Shown piece by piece: positions 29,159 through 40,385 of a stretch of 64,000 nucleotides of DNA (its first letter is position 1; every line of letters begins with the position of its first letter). The stretch lies in assembly GCF_017937405.1 (NCBI RefSeq), contig NZ_JAGBDS010000007.1. One strand, given 5' to 3'. Made by a program: the position numbers and the translations under genes. This DNA comes from Oscillibacter sp. (GTDB lineage Bacteria; Bacillota; Clostridia; Oscillospirales; Oscillospiraceae). The notes under the pieces are model-generated. The model was not told where the DNA came from. It saw only the letters and a list, made by a program, of their open reading frames with translations, and ran no database searches.

Positions 29159-29211
29159 CGTAAATTTTTCGTTGTAATTCGCAACTTTTTGCGTAGTTTT
29201 TTGCGTGGCCG

Positions 29212-29865
29212 TCAATATACCAGACGGAACTCGGAAAAGCCCCATCGTCCCTCTTCCCGTACGTAAGGAAACGCCCAGCATTCCATACCGGTGACAACGC
29301 CTTCCTCCGGGTCCATCAGGTCCACCGTCACATTGACGGAGTAGGATGCCTCGCCGGTCTGCTCCACTTCCACGGTAACAGTACCCTTGCCGGAGCTCCG
29401 TTCCCGGTCCTCTCCGGCAACATACAGGATCCCGTCGATCTCCCGGTAGCGGATGCGCCCCTCTTCACCGGACAGCAGCCGCTCTGTCAGCGCCTCGGTG
29501 AACACGCTCCGAAGGTTCAGCCGCAGTTCCTCCATAGTCTTGTATCCCACCGCGCTGACCCGGCTGTACACCGTTCCGTTCTCCGTCACAGTCTCCCCGC
29601 TGTCCTCCAGCGGCGTCAGGTCAAACCAGCCATAGAGTTTCACCGCGCGGTCATAGTCACCCAGGATCTCCTCCTCCGTGGGCATCCGGGCGTCAGACTC
29701 CACCTGAGCGGCCTCCAGCGTCTCAGGCTCCTGAGTCACCTCCACAGGCGCGGAGACTTTCGCCGGGCTCTCCGGCGGTGGTGCAGTGGCCTCCCGGCGC
29801 TCCTCTCCGCCACAGCCAACCAGCAGCAGTATCAAAACCAGCGGCAGCCAAATCTTTTTCTTCAT
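29212..29865 (-). CDS. Lipoprotein (possibly IseA-like)
   Basis: MKKK...LLLVGC lipobox; YREIDGILYV; family assignment tentative. Confidence 0.75.
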   Translation of the reverse strand: MKKKIWLPLVLILLLVGCGGEERREATAPPPESPAKVSAPVEVTQEPETLEAAQVESDARMPTEEEILGDYDRAVKLYGWFDLTPLEDSGETVTENGTVYSRVSAVGYKTMEELRLNLRSVFTEALTERLLSGEEGRIRYREIDGILYVAGEDRERSSGKGTVTVEVEQTGEASYSVNVTVDLMDPEEGVVTGMECWAFPYVREEGRWGFSEFRLVY

Positions 29866-30084
29866 GGCTCCTCTCTCCTCTTTCAGAGTCGGCCACCCCG
29901 CGCACACACTTCGCGAACCGGCCATCCCAAAAGTTTCCTACTTATAAAATATCATATGAAGCGGGAAATTTCCATGCCATTTTTTATTTTTCAGGGCTTT
30001 TTGTCGAAAAGCGACAGTTCCCCCGGTGCCCAATACGCAAAAAAAGAAAAGCCCACGCCCATCGGCGTGGTCCTGCTTTCTTAT

Positions 30085-30168
30085 TTACCGTTCGCTCCGG
30101 CTCCAGACATCATCCAGAAACACCAGATCATCCACATCCTCCAGCAGAAGCTGCTCAAAAAAAGACAT
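30085..30168 (-). CDS. 27-aa small protein MSFFEQLLLEDVDDLVFLDDVWSRSER
   Basis: TTGCGG-17-TATAAT promoter, AAGGAGGT RBS, downstream hairpin plus T tract; absent from the ORF track. Confidence 0.65.
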   Translation of the reverse strand: MSFFEQLLLEDVDDLVFLDDVWSRSER

Positions 30169-30483
30169 TGCACACACCTCCTTTTCCTAAATTCTGCTCT
30201 ATTATAGCGTTCCGCGAATTTTGCCGCAAGATATTTTATTTACGTTTTTAATAAATTTAATTTAAATTTTTTATGCATCTTCACCAAGTCCTTTTGAAGT
30301 CAGGCAAATCGCCGGGAGGACGCGGGATTTCCGGGGAAAGATGTTCGTTCTTTGTATATTTTTTCTATCGCCACGCCCATACTACTATGCTATAATAGCT
30401 TAAAATCTGAATTTTGTGTGTTTTTCCTGCTTTTCACCCCAGTGGAAAGCAGTTCAAAAGAGGCGGCGAAGGGGGCCGCATAT

Positions 30484-31338
30484 ATGGCAAAACATCCGCG
30501 AAAGCGGCGGCTGCCCGGTTTCCTGCTCTTTGCGGTCCTGGCAGTCTTGGCCGCTCTGTTTCTGCGCTGGAGCAATACCGCGCTGCAAACCACAAACTTT
30601 GACCCGGTCTTCACGGACCTGCCGGAGGGCTTCGACGGCTGCCGCGCGGTGGTGCTGGGGGACCTGCACGCCACCTATTTCGGAGAAAAAAGCGACCGCC
30701 TGCTGGATGCCGTCCGAGAGGCCGAGCCGGACTATATCTTCCTGGTGGGGGATCTGCTGGACGCCAACCGGGACATCCCTGAAAACTACGCTGCCCAGAC
30801 GGCAGACGGCCTTGCCGCCATTGCTCCCACCTACTACGTCACCGGCAACCATGAATGGGCCGTGGGCGGCGTGCCGGAGCTGAAGGACACCCTGGTATCC
30901 CACGGCATCACCGTTCTCTCCAACCAGTTCCTGGCCCTGGAGCGGAACGGAGATACCATCGTCCTGGCGGGCATTGACGACCCCAACGGCTACGCCGACC
31001 AGAAAACGCCGGAAACGGTGGCCGCCGAGGTATACGCCGCATATGGCGACCCCTTCTGGGTGCTGCTGGCCCACCGGAACAACCTGTTCGCCCCACAGTA
31101 CAGTCTGCTGGGCGCCGACCTGGTGGTCTCCGGTCACGGCCACGGCGGCCTCATCCGCCTGCCCTTCACCGATGGATTGCTGTCCGTGGAGCGGACCTTC
31201 TTCCCCTCCTATACGGCGGGGCTGTATGAGGAAAACGGCTCCTGCCTGTTCGTCACCCGGGGCCTGGGCAATTCCGGCCCCACCTTCCGCCTGTTCAACC
31301 GTCCGGAGGTGGCGGTGGTAACGCTGCACAAATCCTGA
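30484..31338 (+). CDS. Membrane-anchored calcineurin-like metallophosphoesterase (YkuE-like)
   Basis: DLH, GD, GNHE, LAH, SGHGHGG, VTRGLG. Confidence 0.92.
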   Translation: MAKHPRKRRLPGFLLFAVLAVLAALFLRWSNTALQTTNFDPVFTDLPEGFDGCRAVVLGDLHATYFGEKSDRLLDAVREAEPDYIFLVGDLLDANRDIPENYAAQTADGLAAIAPTYYVTGNHEWAVGGVPELKDTLVSHGITVLSNQFLALERNGDTIVLAGIDDPNGYADQKTPETVAAEVYAAYGDPFWVLLAHRNNLFAPQYSLLGADLVVSGHGHGGLIRLPFTDGLLSVERTFFPSYTAGLYEENGSCLFVTRGLGNSGPTFRLFNRPEVAVVTLHKS

Positions 31339-31355
31339 TAAGAAGGAGATTTTTT

Positions 31356-31808
31356 ATGTTGACATCGGAAGCTCTGAACCAATATCTGCAGGAACAACAG
31401 GCCGACTACGCCCTGATCCGCCAGGACGCCCCCATCCTCTCCGCCCAGGACGCCGCCCCCTACTATGACGTCCGGTATGCCGCCCCCACCCTTGTGGTAC
31501 AGACGGACCGGGGCCTGATGAGCCTGATCTATTCCGCGCAGCGGGGCCGCTTGGACTTGGACTCCATCCGCACCGCCGCTGGCCTGGAAAAACTGAAGCT
31601 GGCAGACCGGAAAAAGGTGGAAAAGCAAACCGGCTACACGGTGGGTTCCATTCCCCTGGTTGGCCTGGAGCTGCCCTGCATCTTTGATGACCGCCTTCTG
31701 GCCTTCTCCTACGTTTACGGCGGCTGCGGCGACCCGTTGACCACGTTGAAGATTTCCCCGAAAGACGTGAAGCGATTGAATTCCGTGGTATTTACCCTGA
31801 CCGACTAA
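31356..31808 (+). CDS. YbaK/EbsC aminoacyl-tRNA editing family protein
   Basis: [21 protein letters not shown]. Confidence 0.8.
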   Translation: MLTSEALNQYLQEQQADYALIRQDAPILSAQDAAPYYDVRYAAPTLVVQTDRGLMSLIYSAQRGRLDLDSIRTAAGLEKLKLADRKKVEKQTGYTVGSIPLVGLELPCIFDDRLLAFSYVYGGCGDPLTTLKISPKDVKRLNSVVFTLTD

Positions 31809-31822
31809 AGAGGAAGATTTCC

Positions 31823-33691
31823 ATGACTGAATTTCACGCCGGACAATTTGATATTGCTGTCATCGGCGCCGGACACGCGGGCATTGAGGCGGCGCTGGCC
31901 GCCGCCCGGCTGGGGCTGGAGACGGTGGTATTTACCATCAACCTGGACGCCGTGGGCAACATGCCCTGCAATCCCGCCATCGGCGGCACCGGCAAGGGCC
32001 ATCTGGTCCGGGAGCTGGACGCCCTGGGCGGTGAGATGGCGAAAGCCGCCGACGAGTGCTGCATCCAGTACCGGCTCTTGAACCGCGGCAAAGGCCCCGC
32101 CGTCTGGTCCCTCCGGGCCCAGGCCGACCGCCGGAAGTACCAGGAGCGGATGAAACATACTCTGGAGCAGCAGGAGCACCTGACCGTCCGCCAGGGCAAG
32201 GTGGTGGAAGTCCGCGCGGAAAACGGCGCCGTGTCCGCTGTCGTGCTCGCCACCGGGGCGGTATTTGACGTGAAGGCCGTCATTCTGGCCACCGGCACCT
32301 ATCTGGCGGGCCGCACTATCATCGGCGAGTGCGTGGAGGACTCCGGCCCCGACGGAATGCACGCCGCCACCCGGCTGACGGATTCCCTCCTGAAACTTGG
32401 CCTTCCCCTGCGGCGGTTCAAAACCGGCACGCCGCCCCGGGTCAATGCCCGAACGGTGGACTTTAACGAGATGGAAATTCAGCCGGGGGACACCCTCCCC
32501 GTGCCCTTCTCCTATTCCACAGACCACCAGCCGGAAAACCGGGCCGTCTGCTGGCTGACCTGGACCACCGAGGAGACGAAGCGCATCGTCCAGGAAAACC
32601 TGGACCGCGCCCCCATGTACTCCGGCCTCATCGAGGGCGTCGGCCCCCGGTACTGCCCCTCTTTTGAAACGAAGATCGTCCGGTTCCCGGACAAGCTCCG
32701 CCACCAGCTCTTTGTGGAGCCTATGGGCCTGAACACGGAAGAGCTGTACATCCAGGGCTTCTCCTCCTCCATGCCGGAGGAAGTCCAGCTCCAAATGCTC
32801 CACAGCGTGCCGGGCCTGCGCCACGCCGTCATGACCCGGCCCGCCTACGCCATCGAATACGACTGCATCGACCCCCTGGCCCTGAACGCCACTCTGGAGG
32901 TAAAATCCGTCCCCGGCCTGTACGGCGCGGGCCAGTTCAACGGCTCCTCCGGCTATGAGGAGGCCGCCGTCCAGGGCTTTGTGGCAGGCGTCAACGCCGC
33001 CCGGAAGCTCCGGGGCGAAAGTGCGTTTATCCTCTCCCGGTCGGAGAGCTACATCGGCACCCTCATCGACGACCTGGTGACCAAGGGCACCAACGAGCCC
33101 TACCGCATCATGACCTCCCGCAGCGAGTACCGCCTGCTGCTCCGGCAGGACAACGCCGACCAGCGGCTGACGAAGCGGGGCTATGAGATCGGCCTTATCT
33201 CTAAGGAACGTCTCCGGGCCGTGGAGGAAAAATACGCGGCTGTGGAAAAGGAAATACGCCGCCTGACCCATACCGGTGCCGCCCCCTCCTCCGCCCTGTC
33301 CGCCTTCCTGGCGGAAAAGGGCACGGCGGACGTCACCGATGGCTGTTCCCTCATCGCCCTCCTCCGCCGCCCCCAGCTCCACTATGATGAGCTGGCTCCC
33401 TTCGACCCCACCCGCCCGGACCTGCCTGCGGATGTTGCGGAACAGGTGGAGATTTCCGTCAAGTACGAGGGCTACATCCAGCGCCAGCAGAAGCAGGTGG
33501 AGGACTTCCGCAAGATGGAGCGCCACAAGCTGCCTGCCGATTTGGATTACAGCGCTATTCAGGGCCTGCGGCTGGAAGCCCGGGAAAAGCTGGCGGCCAT
33601 CCGTCCCCTGGACCTGGGGCAGGCCAGCCGCATCAGCGGCGTGTCCCCTGCGGATGTGGCCGCTTTGATGATTTGGCTGGAACGGCGGTAA
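31823..33691 (+). CDS. mnmG: tRNA U34 carboxymethylaminomethyl modification enzyme MnmG (GidA)
   Basis: [43 protein letters not shown]. Confidence 0.98.
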   Translation: MTEFHAGQFDIAVIGAGHAGIEAALAAARLGLETVVFTINLDAVGNMPCNPAIGGTGKGHLVRELDALGGEMAKAADECCIQYRLLNRGKGPAVWSLRAQADRRKYQERMKHTLEQQEHLTVRQGKVVEVRAENGAVSAVVLATGAVFDVKAVILATGTYLAGRTIIGECVEDSGPDGMHAATRLTDSLLKLGLPLRRFKTGTPPRVNARTVDFNEMEIQPGDTLPVPFSYSTDHQPENRAVCWLTWTTEETKRIVQENLDRAPMYSGLIEGVGPRYCPSFETKIVRFPDKLRHQLFVEPMGLNTEELYIQGFSSSMPEEVQLQMLHSVPGLRHAVMTRPAYAIEYDCIDPLALNATLEVKSVPGLYGAGQFNGSSGYEEAAVQGFVAGVNAARKLRGESAFILSRSESYIGTLIDDLVTKGTNEPYRIMTSRSEYRLLLRQDNADQRLTKRGYEIGLISKERLRAVEEKYAAVEKEIRRLTHTGAAPSSALSAFLAEKGTADVTDGCSLIALLRRPQLHYDELAPFDPTRPDLPADVAEQVEISVKYEGYIQRQQKQVEDFRKMERHKLPADLDYSAIQGLRLEAREKLAAIRPLDLGQASRISGVSPADVAALMIWLERR

Positions 33692-33694
33692 GAT

Positions 33695-34378
33695 ATGGAC
33701 ATCGAACTGTTTTATACAAAAACGGGCAGCGGTCCAACCCTGCTTCTCCTCCACGGAAACGGAGAGGACAGCACCTATTTCGTCCACCAAGTCGAAGAAT
33801 TTTCCCGTGATTTCACCGTTTACGCTATCGACACCCGGGGCCACGGCAAGTCTCCCCGGGGAGCGGCTCCCTTTACCATCTCCCAGTTTGCCGATGACCT
33901 GCTGGCCTTCATGGACCAACAGGGGCTCCCACAGGCGGACATTCTGGGCTTCAGCGACGGTGGCAATATCGCCCTGACCTTCGCTCTCCGGCACCCGGAC
34001 CGGGTGCGCCGTCTCATCCTAAACGGCGCCAATCTGGACCCGAAGGGCGTAAAACCGCTGGTGCAGCTGCCCATTGTTCTGGGCTATCATCTCGCGTCCC
34101 TGTCCAAAAGCCCCAAGGCCCGGGCTCACGCGGAGCTGCTGGGTCTGATGGTCAATGAGCCCCACATCGACCCGGCGGAGCTGAAAAAGCTGACGATGCC
34201 GGTATTGGTCATCGCGGGCACGAAGGATATGATACAAGAGCGTCACACCCGCCTCATCGCCAACCGCATCCCCGGTGCCCGACTGGCACTAATACCGGGG
34301 GACCATTTTATCGCAAGCAAAGCGCCCACCACCTTTAACCGGGCAGTGCGGCAATTTCTGGAGGAGGAATCCACATGA
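33695..34378 (+). CDS. Alpha/beta hydrolase
   Basis: LLHGNG, DTRGHG, GFSDG nucleophile elbow, GDH. Confidence 0.92.
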   Translation: MDIELFYTKTGSGPTLLLLHGNGEDSTYFVHQVEEFSRDFTVYAIDTRGHGKSPRGAAPFTISQFADDLLAFMDQQGLPQADILGFSDGGNIALTFALRHPDRVRRLILNGANLDPKGVKPLVQLPIVLGYHLASLSKSPKARAHAELLGLMVNEPHIDPAELKKLTMPVLVIAGTKDMIQERHTRLIANRIPGARLALIPGDHFIASKAPTTFNRAVRQFLEEEST

Positions 34379-35697
34379 GAATGTTTCTCGCCATTCTGGT
34401 CTGCAAGCTGGGCCGCTTTGTCGGCAAGCTGGTGGGCAAGGGCAGTTCCATGCCCGGCAAGTTCGCCTTGAAGATCTGCCCAGACATCCTGCGCCGGGTA
34501 CAGCTTCCGCCCCACGTCATCGCCGTCACCGGCTCCAACGGCAAGACCTCCACGGTAGAGATGATCGCCGCCATCCTGCGCGCCGACGGTAAGAACGTGG
34601 TCTACAACGAGGAAGGCTCCAACCAAATTGAGGGCGTCACCACCCTGGTGCTGACCCACGCTACCTTCGGCGGGAAGGTGAAAGCCGACGTGCTGCTGCT
34701 GGAGAGCGACGAGCGGTACGCCAAGTTCAGCTTCCAGTTCTTCCACCCCACGCAGTTCGTCATTACCAACCTCTACCGGGACCAGCTGACCCGCAACGGC
34801 CACCCGGAGTGGGTCTACGACGCCATCCTGCCCGCCATCCACCCGGACACGGAGCTGATTCTAAACGCCGACGACCCGCTGTCCTCCTGCTTTGCCCAAG
34901 GGCACGAAAAGGTCAAGTGGTTCGGCCTGGACCACTGCTCCATCGACCTGCCCGCCCCCTCCGGCGTGTACCACGACGGTGCCTACTGCCCCATCTGCCA
35001 CGCCCCCATGACTTACGATTACGTCCACTATAACCACATCGGCGCCTACCGCTGCACTTCTTGCGGCCACGCCAAGCCTGCCACGGACTATACCGCCACA
35101 GCGGTGGACCTGGAGAACGGCACGCTGACCATCGACGGTGCGGTGGACATCCACCTGGCCTTCCGCAGCATCTACAATGTCTACAACATCCTGGCGGCCT
35201 ATGCCGCCTGCCGCGAGTGTGGTGTGGGCGGGGAGACTGCCCGGGGCGTCATCAACAACTACATCCTGAAAAACGGCCGGATGCAGAAGTTCGCCCTGGG
35301 CCATCACCACGGTACGCTGCTGACTTCCAAACATGAAAACTCTATTGCCTACGACACGAACCTGCGGTATGTGGCCTCCACCAAGGCAGACTGCACGGTG
35401 CTCATCATCGTGGACGCAGTGAGCCGCAAATACTTCACCAGCGAGACAAGCTGGCTGTGGGACATCGACTTTGACCAACTGGACAAGCCCCATGTGAAAC
35501 GGGTGGTGCTCTCCGGCCGCTACTGCAACGACCTGGCGGAGCGGTTCAGCTTCACCAACATGACCAACTGGACCGTCCAGCCGGACATCGCCGCCGCTGC
35601 CGCGAAGCTGAAAGCGGAGGGCTGTGAGGACCTGTATGTGGTCACCTGCTTCTCTGACCGGGACAAGCTGCTGGCCCATGTGGAAAAGGAGGGCTGA
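34375..35697 (+). CDS. murT: MurT ligase (lipid II amidation)
   Basis: TGSNGKTS, NLYRDQLTR, CPIC/CTSC zinc site, SWLWDIDF. Confidence 0.92.
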   Translation: MRMFLAILVCKLGRFVGKLVGKGSSMPGKFALKICPDILRRVQLPPHVIAVTGSNGKTSTVEMIAAILRADGKNVVYNEEGSNQIEGVTTLVLTHATFGGKVKADVLLLESDERYAKFSFQFFHPTQFVITNLYRDQLTRNGHPEWVYDAILPAIHPDTELILNADDPLSSCFAQGHEKVKWFGLDHCSIDLPAPSGVYHDGAYCPICHAPMTYDYVHYNHIGAYRCTSCGHAKPATDYTATAVDLENGTLTIDGAVDIHLAFRSIYNVYNILAAYAACRECGVGGETARGVINNYILKNGRMQKFALGHHHGTLLTSKHENSIAYDTNLRYVASTKADCTVLIIVDAVSRKYFTSETSWLWDIDFDQLDKPHVKRVVLSGRYCNDLAERFSFTNMTNWTVQPDIAAAAAKLKAEGCEDLYVVTCFSDRDKLLAHVEKEG

Positions 35698-35700
35698 GTC

Positions 35701-36435
35701 ATGGACATCAAAATTCTGCATTTCTATCCCGACCTGATGAGCCTGTACGGCAGCTACGCCAACGTGTCCGTGCTGAAACGCCGTCTGGAGCAGATGGGCA
35801 GTACCGTCAAAGTGACGCCCGTTCTTCCCGGCCAGGAGGCCGACCTCAGCGGCGCCGATTTCCTCTACATGGGGGCCGGAACTGAGCACGCTCAGAAAGC
35901 CGCCCTGGCAGACTTCGCCCGGTACGGCCAGACCGTGAAAGACCTCGCCGAAAGCGGCGTGACGATGCTCTTTGCGGGCACCGCCATGGAGCTGCTGGGC
36001 AAAACCATCACCGACGCCGACGGCAAGGTCTACGACGGTATCGGCCTGGCGGGCTTCACTGCCGTGCAAGGGAACAAGCGGTTCGTGGAGGACGTCTATG
36101 GCCACACGGACCTGTATCCCGAGGCCGTGGTAGGCTTTATGAACAAGTGCTCCACCATCTCCGGCGTAGAGACGCCTCTTCTGACGGAATTGTCCCTGGG
36201 CTTCGGCAACGACGGCGAAAAGGCCCCCGAGGGCTTCCACCGGAACAACGTATTCGCCTCCCAGCTCACCGGCCCCCTGCTGGTGAAGAATCCCCGGATG
36301 CTGGACGCGGTGGTGGATGCCATTTATCATCACCGGGACGAACCGCTCCCGGCGGAGCGCCCCACGGACCACTGGGCCGAGGACGGTTATCTCATCACGG
36401 CGGAGCAGTTAAAACTCCGCAGCGAAAGCAAATAA
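35701..36435 (+). CDS. gatD: GatD/CobQ-like glutamine amidotransferase (catalytic residues degenerate)
   Basis: YPDLMSLYG, GFGNDG, GPLLVKNP; follows murT. Confidence 0.8.
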   Translation: MDIKILHFYPDLMSLYGSYANVSVLKRRLEQMGSTVKVTPVLPGQEADLSGADFLYMGAGTEHAQKAALADFARYGQTVKDLAESGVTMLFAGTAMELLGKTITDADGKVYDGIGLAGFTAVQGNKRFVEDVYGHTDLYPEAVVGFMNKCSTISGVETPLLTELSLGFGNDGEKAPEGFHRNNVFASQLTGPLLVKNPRMLDAVVDAIYHHRDEPLPAERPTDHWAEDGYLITAEQLKLRSESK

Positions 36436-36537
36436 GAAGCGGAAGGACTGGGGCAGCGCCCCAGTCCTTCTTTTTGCATACGAAAAAAGGCCACGGGATC
36501 ACTCCCGTGGCCTCTTTTAAGCCTGTTAACTTAGGAC

Positions 36538-39500
36538 TTAGCCCTCGTACATAGCCTTCAGCTTGAGCAGGTGCTCGTAACGCTCCATGGCGTTCTTCTC
36601 GTTGCGCTCGAACAGGACACCGGCGCGCTCGGGGAACTCGCGGGTCAGACGAGAGTAACGGGCCTCGTTCATCAGGAACTCCTGATAGCCGCCAGCGGGC
36701 TCCTTGGAATCCAGAGTGAACTTGGCGCCCTCGGCAGCGGGATTGAACCGGAACAGGTTCCAGTAACCGCACTCGACGGCCTTCTTCATTTCCTTCTGGC
36801 AGTTCATCATGCCGCCCTTGATGCTGTGCATCTCGCAGGGAGCGTAGCCGATGATCAGGGAAGGACCGTGATAAGCCTCGGCCTCCTTGATGGCCTTCAG
36901 GGTCTGAGCGGGGTTAGCGCCCATGGCGACCTGGGCCACATAGATGTAGCCGTAGCTCATGGCGATCTCAGCCAGGGACTTCTTCTTGATCTCCTTACCG
37001 GCAGCCGCGAACTGAGCGACCTGGCCGATGTTGGAGGCCTTGGAAGCCTGACCGCCGGTGTTGGAGTAGACCTCGGTATCGAAGACGAAGATGTTCACGT
37101 CCTGACCGGAAGCCAGAACATGGTCCACACCGCCGAAGCCGATATCGTAAGCCCAGCCGTCGCCGCCGAAGATCCACATGGACTTCTTGCGCAGGTACTC
37201 CTTGTTGGCCAGGATATCCTTGCAGGTGGGGCAGCCAGCAGCGGCGCCCTTCTCCAGGACAGCGATCAGAGCCTCGGTAGCGGGGCCGTTAGCGGCGCCG
37301 TCGTCCTTGGTGTCCAGGAAGGCCTGGATAGCAGCCTTGGCCTCAGCGTGGGTGGCGTCGTCAGCCTCCAGAGCGGTCAGCTTGTCGATCAGGCTGTTGC
37401 GGATGGCCTGCTGACCCAGGAACATGCCCAGGCCGTGCTCGGCGTTATCCTCGAACAGGGAGTTGGACCAAGCGGGGCCGTGGCCGGCCTTGTTGGTGCA
37501 GTAGGGAGAAGTAGCGGCAGGACCGCCCCAGATGGAGGAGCAGCCGGTGGCGTTGGAGATGTACATATGGTCGCCGAACATCTGGGTGATCAGGCGGGCA
37601 TAGGAAGTCTCGGCGCAGCCGGCGCAGGAACCGGAGAACTCCAGCATGGGCTGCTTGAACTGGCTGCCCTTGACGGTGTCGTCCTGCATATCCTTCTTCT
37701 CGGAGACCTCGGCCACGCAGTAGTTGAACACATCCTGCTGAGCGGCTTCCTGCTCCTGGGGAACCATGGTCAGAGCGCCCACGGGGCACTGGCCCACGCA
37801 CACGGCGCAGCCCATGCAGTCCAGAGGAGACACGGCCATGGTGTACTTGTAAACGCCCTTGCCCTTGCCGGCCTTGACGTCCACGATCTTGGCGGCGGTG
37901 GGAGCCTTGGCGGCCTCTTCCTCAGTCAGAGCGTAGGGACGGATGGTGGCATGGGGGCAGACATAAGCGCAGTTATTGCACTGAATGCACTTAGCGGAAT
38001 CCCAGGTGGGAACGGACACGGCCACGCCGCGCTTCTCGTAAGCGGCAGCGCCCAGCTCAAACTGGCCGTCCACGTGCTTGGCGAAGGCGGAGACGGGCAG
38101 GCTGTCGCCGTCCATCTTGCCGACGGGGTTCAGGATGGTCTTGACCTGCTCCACCAGCTCGGGCTTGCCGGCCAGCTTCACATCCTCGGCCACGTCCTGG
38201 GCGTCAGCCCAGTCAGCGGGAACCTCGAACTTCTTGTAGGCGGTGGCGCCGGCGTCGATGGCCTTGTGGTTCATGTCGACGACGTCCTGGCCCTTCTTCA
38301 GGTAAGAATGGGTGGCGGCGTCCTTCATGTACTGGATGGCCTCAGACTCGGGCATGACCTTCGCCAGGGAGAAGAAGGCAGACTGCAGAATGGTGTTGGT
38401 GCGCTTGCCCATGCCGATCTCCTTAGCCAGGTCGATGGCGTTGATGGTGTAGACCTGGATGTTGTTCTTGGCAATGTAGCGCTTGGAAGCGGCGTCCAGC
38501 TTCTCAGCCAGCTCAGCGTCATCCCACTGGCAGTTGATCAGGAACACGCCGCCGGGCTTCACGTCGCGGACGATGGGGAAGCCCTTGGTGATGTAGGCGG
38601 GCACGTGGCAGGCCACGAAGTCGGCCTTGTTGATGTAGTAAGAAGACTTGATGGGCTTGTCACCGAAGCGCAGGTGGCTGATGGTCACGCCACCGGTCTT
38701 CTTGGAGTCATACTGGAAGTAAGCCTGAACATACTTGTCGGTATGGTCGCCGATGATCTTGATGGAGTTCTTGTTGGCGCCGACGGTGCCGTCGCCGCCC
38801 AGACCCCAGAACTTGCAGGCGATGGTGCCGGCGGGAGCGACCAGGGGAGCGGGCTTCTCTTCCAGGCTGAGGTTGGTGACGTCGTCCACGATGCCGATGG
38901 TGAACTGACGCTTCATGGTGGGCTTGGACAGCTCCTCGAACACAGCGAACACGCTGCGGGGAGGCGTATCCTTGGAGCCCAGGCCGTAACGGCCGCCGAT
39001 GACCTTGATGTCGTGCTTGCCGGCGTTGGCCAGAGCGGTGACGACGTCCATGTACAGGGGCTCGCCCAGGGAGCCGGGCTCCTTGGTGCGGTCCAGCACG
39101 GCGATAGCCTTGCAGGTGGCGGGGATGGCCTCGATCAGCTTCTCAGCCTTGAAGGGACGATACAGGTGGACCTTGATGAGGCCGACCTTCTCGCCCTGGG
39201 CGGTCATGTAATCGATGACCTCCTCGGCGACGTTGCAGATGGAACCCATGGCGATGATGACGCGCTCGGCATCGGGAGCGCCATAGTAGTTGAACAGCTT
39301 GTAATCAGTGCCCAGTTTGGCATTGATCTTGTCCATGTACTTCTCGACCACGGCGGGCAGAGCCTCATAGTAGGGGTTGCAGGCCTCGCGGTGCTGGAAG
39401 AAGATATCGCCGTTCTCGTGAGAGCCGCGCATGTTGGGGCGCTCAGGATTCAGGGCGTGCTTGCGGAACGCCTCGACAGCGTCCATGTCGCACATCTCCT

Positions 39501-40074
39501 TCAGGTCCTCGTAATCCCACACGGCGACCTTCTGGATCTCGTGAGAGGTACGGAAACCGTCGAAGAAGTTGATGAAGGGAACGCGGCCCTCGATAGCGGC
39601 CAGATGGGCCACGGGAGCCAGGTCCATGATCTCCTGGGGATCGTTCTCGCACAGCATGGCGAAGCCGGTCTGGCGGCAGGCCATAACGTCGGAGTGATCG
39701 CCGAAGATGTTCAGAGCGTGGGTGGAAACGGTACGGGCGGAGACATGGAACACGCAGGGCAGCAGCTCGCCGGCGATCTTGTACATGTTGGGGATCATCA
39801 GCAGCAGGCCCTGAGAGGCGGTGTAGGTGGTGGTCATCGCGCCGGCGGCCAGGGAGCCGTGGACGGTACCGGAAGCACCAGCCTCAGACTGCATCTCGCA
39901 CACCTTGACGGTGGTGCCGAAGATGTTCTTCTGACCAGCAGCGGACCACTGGTCGACCAAGTCTGCCATGGGAGAGGACGGGGTGATCGGGTAGATGCCC
40001 GCCACTTCGGTAAACGCGTAGCTAACATATGCGGCAGCGTTGTTACCGTCCATGGACTTGAACTTTCTTGCCAT
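36538..40074 (-). CDS. nifJ: Pyruvate:ferredoxin (flavodoxin) oxidoreductase
   Basis: YPITPSS, two CxxCxxCxxxCP motifs, GGDGWAYDIG. Confidence 0.98.
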   Translation of the reverse strand: MARKFKSMDGNNAAAYVSYAFTEVAGIYPITPSSPMADLVDQWSAAGQKNIFGTTVKVCEMQSEAGASGTVHGSLAAGAMTTTYTASQGLLLMIPNMYKIAGELLPCVFHVSARTVSTHALNIFGDHSDVMACRQTGFAMLCENDPQEIMDLAPVAHLAAIEGRVPFINFFDGFRTSHEIQKVAVWDYEDLKEMCDMDAVEAFRKHALNPERPNMRGSHENGDIFFQHREACNPYYEALPAVVEKYMDKINAKLGTDYKLFNYYGAPDAERVIIAMGSICNVAEEVIDYMTAQGEKVGLIKVHLYRPFKAEKLIEAIPATCKAIAVLDRTKEPGSLGEPLYMDVVTALANAGKHDIKVIGGRYGLGSKDTPPRSVFAVFEELSKPTMKRQFTIGIVDDVTNLSLEEKPAPLVAPAGTIACKFWGLGGDGTVGANKNSIKIIGDHTDKYVQAYFQYDSKKTGGVTISHLRFGDKPIKSSYYINKADFVACHVPAYITKGFPIVRDVKPGGVFLINCQWDDAELAEKLDAASKRYIAKNNIQVYTINAIDLAKEIGMGKRTNTILQSAFFSLAKVMPESEAIQYMKDAATHSYLKKGQDVVDMNHKAIDAGATAYKKFEVPADWADAQDVAEDVKLAGKPELVEQVKTILNPVGKMDGDSLPVSAFAKHVDGQFELGAAAYEKRGVAVSVPTWDSAKCIQCNNCAYVCPHATIRPYALTEEEAAKAPTAAKIVDVKAGKGKGVYKYTMAVSPLDCMGCAVCVGQCPVGALTMVPQEQEAAQQDVFNYCVAEVSEKKDMQDDTVKGSQFKQPMLEFSGSCAGCAETSYARLITQMFGDHMYISNATGCSSIWGGPAATSPYCTNKAGHGPAWSNSLFEDNAEHGLGMFLGQQAIRNSLIDKLTALEADDATHAEAKAAIQAFLDTKDDGAANGPATEALIAVLEKGAAAGCPTCKDILANKEYLRKKSMWIFGGDGWAYDIGFGGVDHVLASGQDVNIFVFDTEVYSNTGGQASKASNIGQVAQFAAAGKEIKKKSLAEIAMSYGYIYVAQVAMGANPAQTLKAIKEAEAYHGPSLIIGYAPCEMHSIKGGMMNCQKEMKKAVECGYWNLFRFNPAAEGAKFTLDSKEPAGGYQEFLMNEARYSRLTREFPERAGVLFERNEKNAMERYEHLLKLKAMYEG

Positions 40075-40166
40075 AAACTCTTACCTCCTATAAATTTGCT
40101 GCCCGCGGCAGCAAGCTTACCAAACACGAAACTCGGGCTCTCTCCCCCAAATTCTCATGCGTCCAT

Positions 40167-40221
40167 ATTATATCACTTCCCCTTTCGGCTGTAAACGGGT
40201 ACTTTGTTATTTTTTGCACAA
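40167..40221 (-). promoter_or_regulatory. nifJ sigma-A promoter with Rex-like operator
   Basis: TTTACA-17-TATAAT on the minus strand; TTGTTATTTTTTGCACAA (40204-40221) fits the Rex box. Confidence 0.65.
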
Positions 40222-40385
40222 AATTTCCTCTTTTCTGCGGATAGGACAAAAGCGTTCTGATTTTTTCGGCATTTTCCCGGTAGTGCTTTTCTTTTGTCCC
40301 GGTCTGTGCTATATTTTTTCCAGAGTTTGGCCGCCGGGAGGCCTGTCCGACCGGCGGTACATGATATGCGGGAGGCGTGAAAATT

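Noticed and set aside
23750-40194. Long antisense ORFs (23750-24907, 26797-27777, 31805-33994, 34861-36372, 36571-40194)
   Set aside because: Shadows of high-GC3 housekeeping genes.
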